A stretch of 64,000 bases of DNA from an uncultured Massilimicrobiota sp. (GCA_944325245.1 CALUZM010000002.1:5082-69081); one strand, 5' to 3'; counted from the stretch's first letter, positions 28,184-38,177 are shown. The notes: a model not told the origin generated them from the letters alone. Numbers and translations: made by a program.

Positions 28184-30139
28184 GTGATTGTTTTGACAAA
28201 AAAGACTTTTGAAATCTCAAATATTCAATCAACTGAAGAATTAAATCATTTAAGTTTAAAGTTAAATGAGAAAGAACAGGTTTCTCATATTAAAATAGGT
28301 AAAGATAGTATTGTTTTTTATTGTCTTGATATTGATGCTTTATTAAGTTTGATTCAAAGTATCAATAAAGATCTCATTGTCAAAGAAGTCGTTGATGGTA
28401 AAAAACGTCAATATGATTTTGCACAAAAAAAAGAACGATCATATTATTTTATGTTTAAAAATATGATTACAGAAGATGATATATATGTTTTGATTGAAAG
28501 AATTGAAAAAGATGATCGTTATCAAAATGTGCGTTATGATGCTCAAAATAAACTTCTTTTATTAACATCAAGTCAACGTGATGTATTAAGTTTGTTGCGT
28601 AAAGAATTATTTAAAATCAATCCATCTATTGAAATTATTGAACATCATCGTCCTATTCGTTCACAAGATGTATTTAATGAAAAATATCTTCATACATATA
28701 TTCGTATTGGGATTTTACTGGTTGTTATTGCTTTGGCATTGGTAACATCTAGAGATCAAAGTTTTATGACACCTTTTTTATGGCTGTTAACTGTTATTTT
28801 GTTAGGAATTCCACTTTTAAGAAATGCTTGGCGTGATATCATGTCTAAAAAGATTTTGAGTGAATCTCTATTGATTTTTATTGCTATGGTCTTTGGTGTT
28901 ATTTCTGGAGCGTATATTGAAACATGTATTGCTTTAGGGATTTATGAACTTTCAACACCATTCTTAAATAAAGTTTTAGAACATTCATTACATAAGATTG
29001 ATACAGCAGTCGAAATGCCTGAAACAGGAATTCGTATCAAAGATGAAGAAGAAGAGGAAGTTTCACTTTATGATGTGGAAATTGGTGATATTTTATTAGT
29101 GCGCCCAGGAGATACAGTTTCCATACCGGGAATTGTAGAAAAAGGTGTTTCAGAGATGAGTACTTATACAAATACAAGTACTTATACCCCTGTTGTTGTC
29201 AAAAAAGGTAGTTTATTACATAGTGGTGATGTCAATGTTGGTGAAATGCCTCTTTTTGTGAAAGTGAATGAAACTTATAAAAGTTCAAATTATATGAATT
29301 TAATGAATATTGCCAGTGTTGCGCCTGTTTATGAGTCAAAAACAGAAAAATACACGAAGATTTTAGCAAAGTTTTATACACCTGTGATGGTTGTCTTAGG
29401 TTTATTTTTAGGTATTGTCTTACCAATTATTAATTTTGAAGATTATAGTTCTTTTATTCATGTTGGGGCTATTTTACTCATTATTTCTGGAGCACTTTCT
29501 AGTGATCAGGCAACGTCTTTAGGGATGTTGGCAGGTTTTGCGAAGGCATTTCAAAATGGTATTGTTGTGGAATCTTCTTTAGGTTTGGATTCAATCAATG
29601 CTGCTCAGACAATTGTTTATGATCGTTTTGATGGTGTTGAAGTGACAAATGAAGAGTTGAATCTTTTTAAGAAACTTTCGCATATGGGAAGAACTTTTGT
29701 TATTTATAATGATGGACCTGTTGCTTTGGAAGATGATCAGTATCAGATTTATAATAATTTAACAAATGAAGAAAAAATGCAAAAGATGGATGAGATGGTT
29801 TCTCCAGTTGTTTATATTGGAGATACATTCAAAGATATTGAATTATTACAAAAGAGTTATGTAGGTATTTCACGTGGAGGATTGGCTGATCCTAAAGTTG
29901 TTGAAAACAGTGATATTGTTTTGATTGATGCCAACTTAAATAGAGTTTATGAGACATTTGTCATTGCTAGAAAAATGCGAACAATAGCTATTGCCAATAA
30001 TATTTTGACGGTATCAATGAAAGTCATTATGTTGATTGTCGCATTGAGCTGGCATTTGGTTCCTTTATGGCTGATTGTCTTGATTGAAATCTTATTGAAA
30101 GCTTTTGTGATTAGAAATTCAACATGTATTTTAGAGTAG
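28184..30139 (+). CDS. Degenerate P1B (CadA/ZntA-like) P-type ATPase homologue lacking catalytic and metal-binding motifs
   Basis: CadA-like TM layout and A-domain (V.IGD..LVRPGD.V...G.V..G), but CPC reads GAL, TGE is absent, DKTGT reads DRFDG, GDGIND reads GDTFKD, and the N-domain is missing. Confidence 0.8.
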   Translation: MIVLTKKTFEISNIQSTEELNHLSLKLNEKEQVSHIKIGKDSIVFYCLDIDALLSLIQSINKDLIVKEVVDGKKRQYDFAQKKERSYYFMFKNMITEDDIYVLIERIEKDDRYQNVRYDAQNKLLLLTSSQRDVLSLLRKELFKINPSIEIIEHHRPIRSQDVFNEKYLHTYIRIGILLVVIALALVTSRDQSFMTPFLWLLTVILLGIPLLRNAWRDIMSKKILSESLLIFIAMVFGVISGAYIETCIALGIYELSTPFLNKVLEHSLHKIDTAVEMPETGIRIKDEEEEEVSLYDVEIGDILLVRPGDTVSIPGIVEKGVSEMSTYTNTSTYTPVVVKKGSLLHSGDVNVGEMPLFVKVNETYKSSNYMNLMNIASVAPVYESKTEKYTKILAKFYTPVMVVLGLFLGIVLPIINFEDYSSFIHVGAILLIISGALSSDQATSLGMLAGFAKAFQNGIVVESSLGLDSINAAQTIVYDRFDGVEVTNEELNLFKKLSHMGRTFVIYNDGPVALEDDQYQIYNNLTNEEKMQKMDEMVSPVVYIGDTFKDIELLQKSYVGISRGGLADPKVVENSDIVLIDANLNRVYETFVIARKMRTIAIANNILTVSMKVIMLIVALSWHLVPLWLIVLIEILLKAFVIRNSTCILE

Positions 30140-30170
30140 AGATATCTACTCTTTTTTTGGAGGTGAAGTT

Positions 30171-31292
30171 ATGAAAATTCTTATTGCACCAGATTCTTTT
30201 AAAGAAAGCATGAGCGCTTTAGAAGCAAGTTTACAAATAGAAGAAGCCATTCATCATTATGATGCAACCATATCAACAAAATGTATTCCTTTGGCCGATG
30301 GTGGTGAAGGGACACTGGATACTTTGATATCTTCCATGGGTGGAAGGATTGAAGAATTTGAGGTAACTGATGTGAGATTTCGTAAAAGAAAAGTTCCAAT
30401 AGGAATTGTTAAGGATACAGCAATTATTGAATGTGCTAAAGTTTGTGGATTAGAATTGTTGAATGATAATGAAAAAGATCCAGCACAGACAACAACTTAT
30501 GGTCTAGGGGAACTGATTTTAAAAGCTTTAGACCTTGCTGTATCACGTATTTTGATTTGCCTAGGTGGAAGTGCCACAAATGATGGTGGTATAGGGATGT
30601 TATCAGCATTAGGTGTTTCTTTTTTAGATGAGCATCAGCAAAGTGTAACTCTGACAATGGCAGGACTGCAGGATTTAAAAATGATTGACTGGTCTCATTT
30701 GGATCAACGATTAAAGCATGTTCATTTGATTGGTGTCTGTGATGTCAGCAATCCACTTTGTGGGCAGCAAGGAGCTACTTATGTTTATGGACGACAAAAA
30801 GGTCTTCAAAAAGAGGATTGTCAGCAAGTTGATCAAAATATGCATCATTATGCTAAACTTGTAGAAGAACATTTTGGTAGGGCTTTTCATCATCAAGCAG
30901 GAGCAGGCGCGGCTGGTGGACTAGGTTTTGCCTTATTAATATGCCATGGTGTTCTTCAGCGTGGCTTTGATGTTGTCAGTCAAATGACAGATTTAGAAAA
31001 AGCTATTTTGGAATGCGACTGCGTAATTGTTGGAGAAGGTAAAATGGATTATCAGACACAATATGGTAAGACACCTTATGGTGTTTTGTTGTTGGCTCAA
31101 AAATATCACAAGAAGGTTTATGCTTTTGCTGGGAAAGTTGAGGATCGTGATGTTTTAAAAAAATTGGGATTTCAAAATGTCTGGGCGATTACACCACCTT
31201 CAATGGAACTTTCTCAAGCTTTAAAAGAAGGAAAAGAAAATATCAAAAAATGTGTTTTCAACCATATGGAGGATATGATTCATGGCATATAA
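30171..31292 (+). CDS. glxK: Glycerate kinase (GlxK/GarK family)
   Basis: KILIAPDSFKESMSA, PLADGGEGT, TTYGLGELI, GGSATNDGG, GAGAAGGLG, GEG.MD.QT.YGK. Confidence 0.9.
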   Translation: MKILIAPDSFKESMSALEASLQIEEAIHHYDATISTKCIPLADGGEGTLDTLISSMGGRIEEFEVTDVRFRKRKVPIGIVKDTAIIECAKVCGLELLNDNEKDPAQTTTYGLGELILKALDLAVSRILICLGGSATNDGGIGMLSALGVSFLDEHQQSVTLTMAGLQDLKMIDWSHLDQRLKHVHLIGVCDVSNPLCGQQGATYVYGRQKGLQKEDCQQVDQNMHHYAKLVEEHFGRAFHHQAGAGAAGGLGFALLICHGVLQRGFDVVSQMTDLEKAILECDCVIVGEGKMDYQTQYGKTPYGVLLLAQKYHKKVYAFAGKVEDRDVLKKLGFQNVWAITPPSMELSQALKEGKENIKKCVFNHMEDMIHGI

Positions 31293-32121
31293 AGTAGACA
31301 ATGAGACAACGTTAATGACTTTTTTGTTGGAGAAAACTTCTTATAAACGTGCTGATATTAAAAACTTTTTAAAATATGAACGTATTTTTGTTGATGGTCA
31401 TATTCAGACGCATTACGCATATCCTTTAAAGAAGGGACAAAGCGTTGAGATTGGCAAGAAAAAAGAAAGTTTACCTTTTCCAATTCTTTATGAAGATAAA
31501 GAATTGATTGTCATTGATAAACCATGTGGACTTTTAAGTGAAGCAACAGCCAATGAAAAACAGAAAACAGCTTTTGCGATTGTTAAAAATTATTTATCTT
31601 TAAAAAAGGAAAATACTTTTTTAGTGCATCGTTTGGATCAATATACATCAGGTGTATTGATGTTTGTCAAATCAAAAAAGCTTTATGAAATACTGACAAG
31701 TGATTGGAATCATTATGTTAAGACGCGTGGCTATATAGCTGTTGTTGAAGGAAGGATGACCAAAAAGAAGGGAACAATTGAAAATTATCTAGCTGAATCT
31801 AAAACACAGACCGTTTATATCACCAGTAAGCAAAAAGGCAAAAAGGCCATTACACATTATCAGGTCATTGCTTCTACACCACAATATAGTCTTTTAAAAA
31901 TTAATTTAGATACAGGTCGTAAAAATCAGATTCGTGTTCATCTGTCTTCATTACATCATCCTATTGTGGGAGATGATAAATATCATGCCACAACAAATCC
32001 TTTAAAACGACTAGGGTTACATGCCAATGAATTGATGTTTATTCATCCATTAACAAAAAGACAAATGCGTTTTGTATCACAAACGCCACAATCATTTGAA
32101 AAACTATTTAAAAATCATTGA
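31282..32121 (+). CDS. RluA/RluD family pseudouridine synthase
   Basis: VIDKPCGLL, VHRLDQYTSGV, TGRKNQIRVHL, HPIVGD.KY, LHA..L.F.HP. Confidence 0.92.
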   Translation: MAYKVDNETTLMTFLLEKTSYKRADIKNFLKYERIFVDGHIQTHYAYPLKKGQSVEIGKKKESLPFPILYEDKELIVIDKPCGLLSEATANEKQKTAFAIVKNYLSLKKENTFLVHRLDQYTSGVLMFVKSKKLYEILTSDWNHYVKTRGYIAVVEGRMTKKKGTIENYLAESKTQTVYITSKQKGKKAITHYQVIASTPQYSLLKINLDTGRKNQIRVHLSSLHHPIVGDDKYHATTNPLKRLGLHANELMFIHPLTKRQMRFVSQTPQSFEKLFKNH

Positions 32122-32146
32122 CATATGGAAAAAAATCTATTATGAT
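32118..32146 (+). promoter_or_regulatory. Sigma-A promoter of the infC-rpmI-rplT operon
   Basis: TTGACA-N17-TATGAT. Confidence 0.8.
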
Positions 32147-32171
32147 ATAGCAGTAAATGAAAAGTAGTGGA

Positions 32172-32280
32172 AAGAAGAAGTGCCTACTTCTCGCCTGAGT
32201 GTCAAGGATGCTAGGCTTATGTCACTAAGATTAATATCTTAATGTCAATTTGTGGGTGCTTTATGTACTCACTTTTTATT
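32172..32280 (+). ncRNA. L20 leader (ribosomal protein autoregulatory leader)
   Basis: GAAGTGCCTACTTCTCGCCTGA..TGTGGGTGC..ACTCACTTTTT resembles the Bacillus infC leader (GAAGCACCCGCTTCTCACCTGA..GTGGGTG); upstream of infC. Confidence 0.8.
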
Positions 32281-32311
32281 TAAACTACACAATTTATAGG
32301 AGGTGTCTATT

Positions 32312-32842
32312 ATTAGCAAGTATAACAATCAATCAAATGAGGATTTAGTTAATGAAAAGATTCGTTTCAAAGAAGTTTTAGTGATTGATCAAAACGGAGA
32401 CCAATTAGGTGTTATGTCACGTAATCAGGCAATTAACACAGCTTATGATCAAGATTTAGATTTGGTATGTGTTGCACCAAAGGCTAAAACACCTGTATGT
32501 CGTATTATGGATTATGGTAAGTATCGTTTTGAACAACAAAAGAAACAAAAGGAAATGAAGAAAAATTCAAAAACAGTTTCTTTGAAAGAAACGCAGTTAT
32601 CACCAACAATTGATGTTCATGATAAAAATGTCAAATTAAAAAGAACATTAAAATGGTTAGAAGCTGGTGACAAAGTCAAAATTGCGGTTCGTTTTAGAGG
32701 AAGACAACTTGCTCATATTGATATTGGTCAAAAGATACTAGATGATTTCGTCGCTGAATGTGCAGATTATTGTGTGATTGAAAAACCTGCTAAATTAGAG
32801 GGACGAACATTAACTGCTATATTAGCGCCAAAGAAAAAATAA
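32312..32842 (+). CDS. infC: Translation initiation factor IF-3 (probable ATT start at 32312 or 32309)
   Basis: VNEKIRF.EV.VIDQNG.QLG, DLDLV.VAP.AK.PVCRIMDYGKYRFE, GDKVK..VRFRGRQ. The track's GTG lies inside the AGGAGGTG RBS. Confidence 0.95.
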   Translation: MSKYNNQSNEDLVNEKIRFKEVLVIDQNGDQLGVMSRNQAINTAYDQDLDLVCVAPKAKTPVCRIMDYGKYRFEQQKKQKEMKKNSKTVSLKETQLSPTIDVHDKNVKLKRTLKWLEAGDKVKIAVRFRGRQLAHIDIGQKILDDFVAECADYCVIEKPAKLEGRTLTAILAPKKK

Positions 32843-32858
32843 ACAGGAGGATTATATT

Positions 32859-33052
32859 ATGCCAAAAATGAATCTCACAGTGGACTTAAAAAACGTTTAA
32901 AAAGAACTGGTTCAGGAAAATATAAACGTGGACATGCGTATGTTTCACATTTGTCTCATAACAAGACTCATAAACAAAAGAAACATTTAGCAAAAGCAAC
33001 TTTAGTACACCCTTCAGATATGAAACGTATTAAATCAAGATTACAAGGGTAA
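32859..33052 (+). pseudogene. rpmI: 50S ribosomal protein L35 with a -1 frameshift in this sequence (real or sequencing error)
   Basis: ATGCCAAAAATG-AA-TCTCACAGT; adding one A restores [41 protein letters not shown] (64 aa). Confidence 0.9.
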
Positions 33053-33070
33053 TGAATAGGAGGATAAAAA

Positions 33071-33430
33071 ATGGCAAGAGTTAAAGGTGGATATACAACA
33101 AGACGTAGAAGAAAGAAAGTCTTAAAATTAGCCAAAGGATATTTTGGTTCTAAACATGCATTATATAAAACTGCTCATGAACAAGTCATGAACTCTTTAG
33201 AATATGCATATAGAGATAGAAGAAATTTAAAACGTGAAATGAGAAAATTATGGATTGCACGTATTAATGCAGCTGCAAGAATGAATGATATTTCTTATTC
33301 AAAATTAATGCACGGTTTAAAATTAGCTAATGTTGATATCAACAGAAAAATGTTATCTGAAATTGCAATCGCTGATCCTCAAGGATTTACAGCTATTGTA
33401 GATACAGCTAAAAAAGCATTAGCACAGTAA
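33071..33430 (+). CDS. rplT: 50S ribosomal protein L20
   Basis: [48 protein letters not shown]. Confidence 0.98.
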   Translation: MARVKGGYTTRRRRKKVLKLAKGYFGSKHALYKTAHEQVMNSLEYAYRDRRNLKREMRKLWIARINAAARMNDISYSKLMHGLKLANVDINRKMLSEIAIADPQGFTAIVDTAKKALAQ

Positions 33431-33452
33431 AAGAGGGATAACCTCTTTTTTA
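33429..33452 (+). terminator. Terminator of the infC operon
   Basis: AAAAGAGG-GATAA-CCTCTTTT followed by Ts. Confidence 0.75.
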
Positions 33453-33528
33453 TTTATCATGTTTTATGGTTGTTAAAAATGGGAATAATTTTTAAAACTC
33501 CTATCATAAAACAAGGAGGAATGGAATA

Positions 33529-34590
33529 ATGATTGATTTAGAAATGTTAGAAAAGTTAAGTCTTGCAAAAGGTGTTTCAGGTTATGAAAAACAAGTCACA
33601 AGACTGATGAAATCTTATCTTGAAGAGAGTGTTGATGAATTTTCATATGATGGATTAGGAAGTTTAATTGCCATGAAACAGGGACAAAATCCTTTTAAGA
33701 TTTTGTTGACTGCTCATGTTGATGAAATTGGCTTTTTGGTCAAAGATATTGATGAAAATGGATTTATCAAAGTTCAGCCAGTGGGAGGCTGGAATGTACA
33801 GAATTTACCATCTTCACTCATGACCATAACGACAAGAGAGGGAAAAGAAGTAAAGGGTGTCTTTGCTTTACTTTCTTCTCATCATGATAAAGGTCATACT
33901 TTATCGATGCAGGATATTTATCTGGATGTGGGTGCTCTAACAAAAAATGAAGCACTTGATATGGGCATCAACAAAGGTGATCCTATCACACCATCTTCCC
34001 AGATGCATGTTTTATCTAATGGGAAATGCCTATGTTCAAAAGCATGGGATGATCGTATTGGTGTTGCTGTTATGATTGAAGTCATGAAACGCTTAAAAAA
34101 TGAGACAATTTATCCTACACTTTATGTAGCTGGAACAGTGCAGGAAGAAGTTGGACTGCGTGGGGCTAAAACGGTTGCTCAGATGATTCAACCTGATTTG
34201 GCTTTGGCTATTGATGTGACTTTTTCCTATGATTTACCATCTGGTGATAAGGGAGATGTCAGATTGGGCAATGGCGTTGCCTTATGTGTGATGGATGGTA
34301 GTGTTATCGCACACACAGGTTTATTAAAACAAATGGAAAGTATTTGTCAAAAGCATCAGATTCCTTATCAGTTAGATATGGATTTGGCAGGAGGCACAGA
34401 TTCAGGTGAACTCAGCAAAGCTGGGGCTGGTATTATGAATTTAACAATTTCTATTCCGACACGATATATGCATTCCCATTACACAATGGTTCACATGGAT
34501 GATTTTGAAGCAACTGTTGAGATGCTTGTTTCTTTTTTAAGGGAATTTAATGAGGATATGTATATAGCTATGCTGGAGGAGAAAAGATAA
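33529..34590 (+). CDS. M42 family metallopeptidase (glutamyl aminopeptidase/endoglucanase-like)
   Basis: GVSGYE, AHVDEIG, KAWDDRIG, TVQEEVGLRGA, AIDVT, GGTDSG, PTRYMHS. Confidence 0.92.
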   Translation: MIDLEMLEKLSLAKGVSGYEKQVTRLMKSYLEESVDEFSYDGLGSLIAMKQGQNPFKILLTAHVDEIGFLVKDIDENGFIKVQPVGGWNVQNLPSSLMTITTREGKEVKGVFALLSSHHDKGHTLSMQDIYLDVGALTKNEALDMGINKGDPITPSSQMHVLSNGKCLCSKAWDDRIGVAVMIEVMKRLKNETIYPTLYVAGTVQEEVGLRGAKTVAQMIQPDLALAIDVTFSYDLPSGDKGDVRLGNGVALCVMDGSVIAHTGLLKQMESICQKHQIPYQLDMDLAGGTDSGELSKAGAGIMNLTISIPTRYMHSHYTMVHMDDFEATVEMLVSFLREFNEDMYIAMLEEKR

Positions 34591-35432
34591 TGGGTGCACT
34601 GATTTTAGAAGGTGGAACTTTTCGTCCGATTTTTTCTAGTGGTGTGATGGATGCTTTGAATGATTATGGTGTTGAATTCCCGTATGTCATTGGGGTATCA
34701 GCAGGCATTACTGATGGATTTTCTTATGTTTCTAAACAACCTCAACGTAATTATGATATTTTGATGAATCATCGCCATGATAAAAGATATGTTGGTATTC
34801 GAAATTATCTTCATGATCGTAGTCTGTTTGGATTAAAATTTGCATATGAAACAATTCCTCAAGAACTTTATCCCTTTGATTGGAAAACTTTTCTTGAAAG
34901 TCCTACAGATATTCGTGTTGGTGTAACGAATGCAGAAACGGGACAATGTGAATATTTAGACGGAAAGAAATTAGATCAGCAATGTACAATGTTGAAGGCA
35001 ACATGTGCGATTCCGTTTGTTTTTCCTGTTATTTCTTTGGATGGAAAGAAATATTATGATGGTGGTATCTGTGATCCCATACCTGTTAGAAAAGCTCAAC
35101 AGGATGGTCATGACAAAATGTTAATTGTTTTAACAAGACCAAAAGGATATCGCAAGACGTTATCGAGGGCTAATGTTATCGCAAGTCGTCTATTAAAAAA
35201 GAAATATCCACATTTGGTTGAACCACTGCTGACAAGACATCTTTTATATAATGAAACTTTGGATTACTGTGAAGAATTAGAAAAAAGTGGAAAAGCTATT
35301 ATTTTAAGACCAAGTGAAGATATTCAAATTGAATCACTGGAAAAAGATTTACAAAAAATTGATCGTATTTATCATTATGGCTATCAATTAGCATTAGAGC
35401 ATATGGATGATATCAAAGCGTTACTGAAATAG
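34590..35432 (+). CDS. Patatin-like phospholipase (YjjU/DUF6363 type)
   Basis: LILEGGTFR..FSSGV, GVSAG nucleophile elbow, DGG.CDPIP. Confidence 0.9.
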   Translation: MGALILEGGTFRPIFSSGVMDALNDYGVEFPYVIGVSAGITDGFSYVSKQPQRNYDILMNHRHDKRYVGIRNYLHDRSLFGLKFAYETIPQELYPFDWKTFLESPTDIRVGVTNAETGQCEYLDGKKLDQQCTMLKATCAIPFVFPVISLDGKKYYDGGICDPIPVRKAQQDGHDKMLIVLTRPKGYRKTLSRANVIASRLLKKKYPHLVEPLLTRHLLYNETLDYCEELEKSGKAIILRPSEDIQIESLEKDLQKIDRIYHYGYQLALEHMDDIKALLK

Positions 35433-35542
35433 ACATTTTTTTGATATTTTCACATATTTTTAAAATAATGTTTTGGTATTTATATACTATTATGAAAATA
35501 TAAAAAGAAATCATCATCTGATGATGGAAAGGAAAGATAAAT

Positions 35543-36652
35543 ATGAAACATATAAACAAAAATAAATTGTTTAAAATTGTTGTTGTACTTTTATTGATTG
35601 TCTCACTAGGGTGTAATGGATTTTTGTTATATACAATTTTTGGTAATCAGCAAAGTTCAACATCATCTTCATCTCATACAACAGTTCAGACTGTCAACTA
35701 TGATGTCCAATCAAATTTAACAGATGTTATTGAAAGTGCCAAAAAATCTACAGTAGGGGTTGCAGTATATCAAAACAATCAGCTTGCTGGTAGTGGAAGT
35801 GGTGTTATCTATAAAGTAGATGGAAAAACTGTTTATGTGATTACGAATCATCACGTTATTGAAAATGCGCAATCTATTGAAGTCATCTATTCTAATGGTG
35901 AATCTGTTCGTGCTGAATGTTTAGGTAGTGATGAATATGGAGATATCGCAGTTTTGAAAATGACAGTTGATTTTGAAGTTTCTGCTTTTAAAGTAGGGGA
36001 TTCTGATTTATTGGAAGCTGGGGAACCTGTATTAGCAGTGGGAAGTCCTTTAGGTATTGAATATGCTGGAACAGTCACACAAGGTATTGTATCTGCTCCA
36101 TCTCGTACAGTTTCTGTTGATTTAAATGATGATGGAACTGAAGATTGGGATATGAATGTTATTCAGACAGATGCAGCTATCAATCCTGGTAATAGTGGTG
36201 GTGCTCTTGTTAATGCGGCAGGAGAACTGGTTGGTATTACATCTATGAAGCTTGCTTCAGAAGAAGTTGAAGGTATGGGATTTGCAATTCCAATTAATGA
36301 TGCAGTAGATTTAGTTGAAGAAATTATTGAAACTGGAAAAGTCAGTCGACCTACCATTGGTATTTCAGCTGTTTCATTAGATAGTTATTCATCATATGAA
36401 CTTTATATGTATCGTATTCAGACAAATTTAAATAAAGGAATCTATGTTGCAGATGTTCAAAGTAATTCACCAGCAAGTCAGGCGGGTATTAGAGCAGGAG
36501 ATGTCATTACACAGGTTGAAGGAGAGGACATTGAATCTTATAAAGATTTCTTAACTCAGCTTTATTCTAAAAATCCTGGAGATACGATCAAATTAACGAT
36601 TAATCGTAATGGTTCGACATCTACAGTCAATGTGACATTAGGTTCTTCATAA
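35543..36652 (+). CDS. htrA: HtrA/DegP-family serine protease with PDZ domain
   Basis: N-terminal TM, GSGSGVIY, TNHHV, DIAVLK, IQTDAAINPGNSGGAL, GMGFAIP, PDZ (SPA..AG...GDVI). Confidence 0.93.
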   Translation: MKHINKNKLFKIVVVLLLIVSLGCNGFLLYTIFGNQQSSTSSSSHTTVQTVNYDVQSNLTDVIESAKKSTVGVAVYQNNQLAGSGSGVIYKVDGKTVYVITNHHVIENAQSIEVIYSNGESVRAECLGSDEYGDIAVLKMTVDFEVSAFKVGDSDLLEAGEPVLAVGSPLGIEYAGTVTQGIVSAPSRTVSVDLNDDGTEDWDMNVIQTDAAINPGNSGGALVNAAGELVGITSMKLASEEVEGMGFAIPINDAVDLVEEIIETGKVSRPTIGISAVSLDSYSSYELYMYRIQTNLNKGIYVADVQSNSPASQAGIRAGDVITQVEGEDIESYKDFLTQLYSKNPGDTIKLTINRNGSTSTVNVTLGSS

Positions 36653-36713
36653 GGAAAGACAAAAGCTCTTTCCTTTTTTTTCTAAAAAATATATAATGGT
36701 TGATGGTGATGAT

Positions 36714-37556
36714 ATGAATAAAGAAGTCAAAAAACAGTTAATCTTATCATTCGTTTTGCTGGCTTTATTGATGACGACACTTTTTTTCTGGTATCCTAAT
36801 TTTGTATTTCATACATATGTGGAAACATTGGATTATCAATATTGTTTAAGTGGTACGAATGATGAACTGGCTATTGATGGCTATGAAATTTATCAAGATG
36901 GAAAAACACAGGGATATGGACATGCTCGTATGATATCTTTGAAACCAGATTTTTTTCAAAAGGGTGATGATATTACATTGACTCTTGTTTTATCTGATGA
37001 TGTTCAGTTGGCACAATCAATGACTGTTGAAAATGATCATGATGTAATCATAATGCAAGAACAAAAAACAGATCAAATCTTACAGGAAGATGATATTCAA
37101 AAGGCACAGTTACAGGTTGAAATTGTTCGAGATCAAAAAGAGATATACTCACAATCTATAACGATGAAAAATCAGGATATGTTAACTTATACAGGTGCGA
37201 ATAAAGATTATTCACTGACAAATGTCTATGTGACTTCTTCATGGTTAAAGACAGGGATTTTTTCAAGTAAGAATGAAGATATTGCAAAAGAATATCCTTA
37301 TATGATTGTGGATTATCTTTATTTGAAAGATCAAGATGGAAGTGAAGATATTAATGATTATGAACGTTTTGTTTATATGAATGGGAAAACTGAGGATTTT
37401 TTAACAAACCAGATGAAAAATATCGGATATTATGATGGAGAAGAATCATTATTAGATATGAATTTATGTTGTGTCATTACATTAATGAAAGAAGAAAATG
37501 ATACAAATCCTTATACATTTATCTTACCTTTAAATCCTGTTCAAAAAGGAGAATAA
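36714..37556 (+). CDS. Hypothetical protein with a single N-terminal membrane anchor
   Basis: Long ORF; hydrophobic LILSFVLLALLMTTLFFW then an acidic soluble region. Confidence 0.7.
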   Translation: MNKEVKKQLILSFVLLALLMTTLFFWYPNFVFHTYVETLDYQYCLSGTNDELAIDGYEIYQDGKTQGYGHARMISLKPDFFQKGDDITLTLVLSDDVQLAQSMTVENDHDVIIMQEQKTDQILQEDDIQKAQLQVEIVRDQKEIYSQSITMKNQDMLTYTGANKDYSLTNVYVTSSWLKTGIFSSKNEDIAKEYPYMIVDYLYLKDQDGSEDINDYERFVYMNGKTEDFLTNQMKNIGYYDGEESLLDMNLCCVITLMKEENDTNPYTFILPLNPVQKGE

Positions 37557-37557
37557 C

Positions 37558-37959
37558 ATGCAAACAAAAAGAAAAGATTTAATGACTATATATATGCTAA
37601 GAAATGCTTTTTCTACATTATTCATTGCTTTGATTTCCTTTATTATTTCTTTGATTGCTTATTATCATTGTACATGGATTGAAGCTTTACAACGTTTATT
37701 TTTAGTGAATATTTACACCACATTGTATTTTTTATTGATTTGGCTTTTGAATTATATGATTTTTGAAATCTCAAAAATCATATATGATACTTATGAAAAA
37801 TTATTAAGTTATAAATTATGTATTGTTTTATTATTGATGGCTATTATTGTCTTTTGGATTCCAATGCGTGATCTTTTTCAATGGAATTTCTCACTCCTTT
37901 TTGTTTTGATTGCATTAAGACAAGTTAAACAATTATGGATTCATAAAAAAAGACCATAG
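37558..37959 (+). CDS. Hypothetical integral membrane protein (about 4 TM)
   Basis: Hydrophobic ORF 1 nt after the previous stop, RBS AAAGGAG. Confidence 0.7.
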   Translation: MQTKRKDLMTIYMLRNAFSTLFIALISFIISLIAYYHCTWIEALQRLFLVNIYTTLYFLLIWLLNYMIFEISKIIYDTYEKLLSYKLCIVLLLMAIIVFWIPMRDLFQWNFSLLFVLIALRQVKQLWIHKKRP

Positions 37960-37965
37960 AATGGT

Positions 37966-38157
37966 CTATAAAAGAGAGCTCAGTTTTTCGAGAAATTGTT
38001 GTTTTGTAGAGGAATCTAGAGAATTATAATATTCTTCAAACAGAACACCTAATCCTACAAGGATTGTTTCTTCTTGAGATGCAATGCCTTCATCAATTGT
38101 CTGCTGTAGCTGTAAAGGAGAAAAACCTTTGAGATTTGTTAGTAGTGCTTCACGCAT
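37966..38157 (-). CDS. sspI: Small acid-soluble spore protein I
   Basis: R.A...N..G....QL..TI...I.S.EE..L.GLGVLFE matches the SspI pattern; sigma-G-type promoter upstream. Confidence 0.85.
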   Translation of the reverse strand: MREALLTNLKGFSPLQLQQTIDEGIASQEETILVGLGVLFEEYYNSLDSSTKQQFLEKLSSLL

Positions 38158-38177
38158 TTTATCAGTCCTTTCTTATA

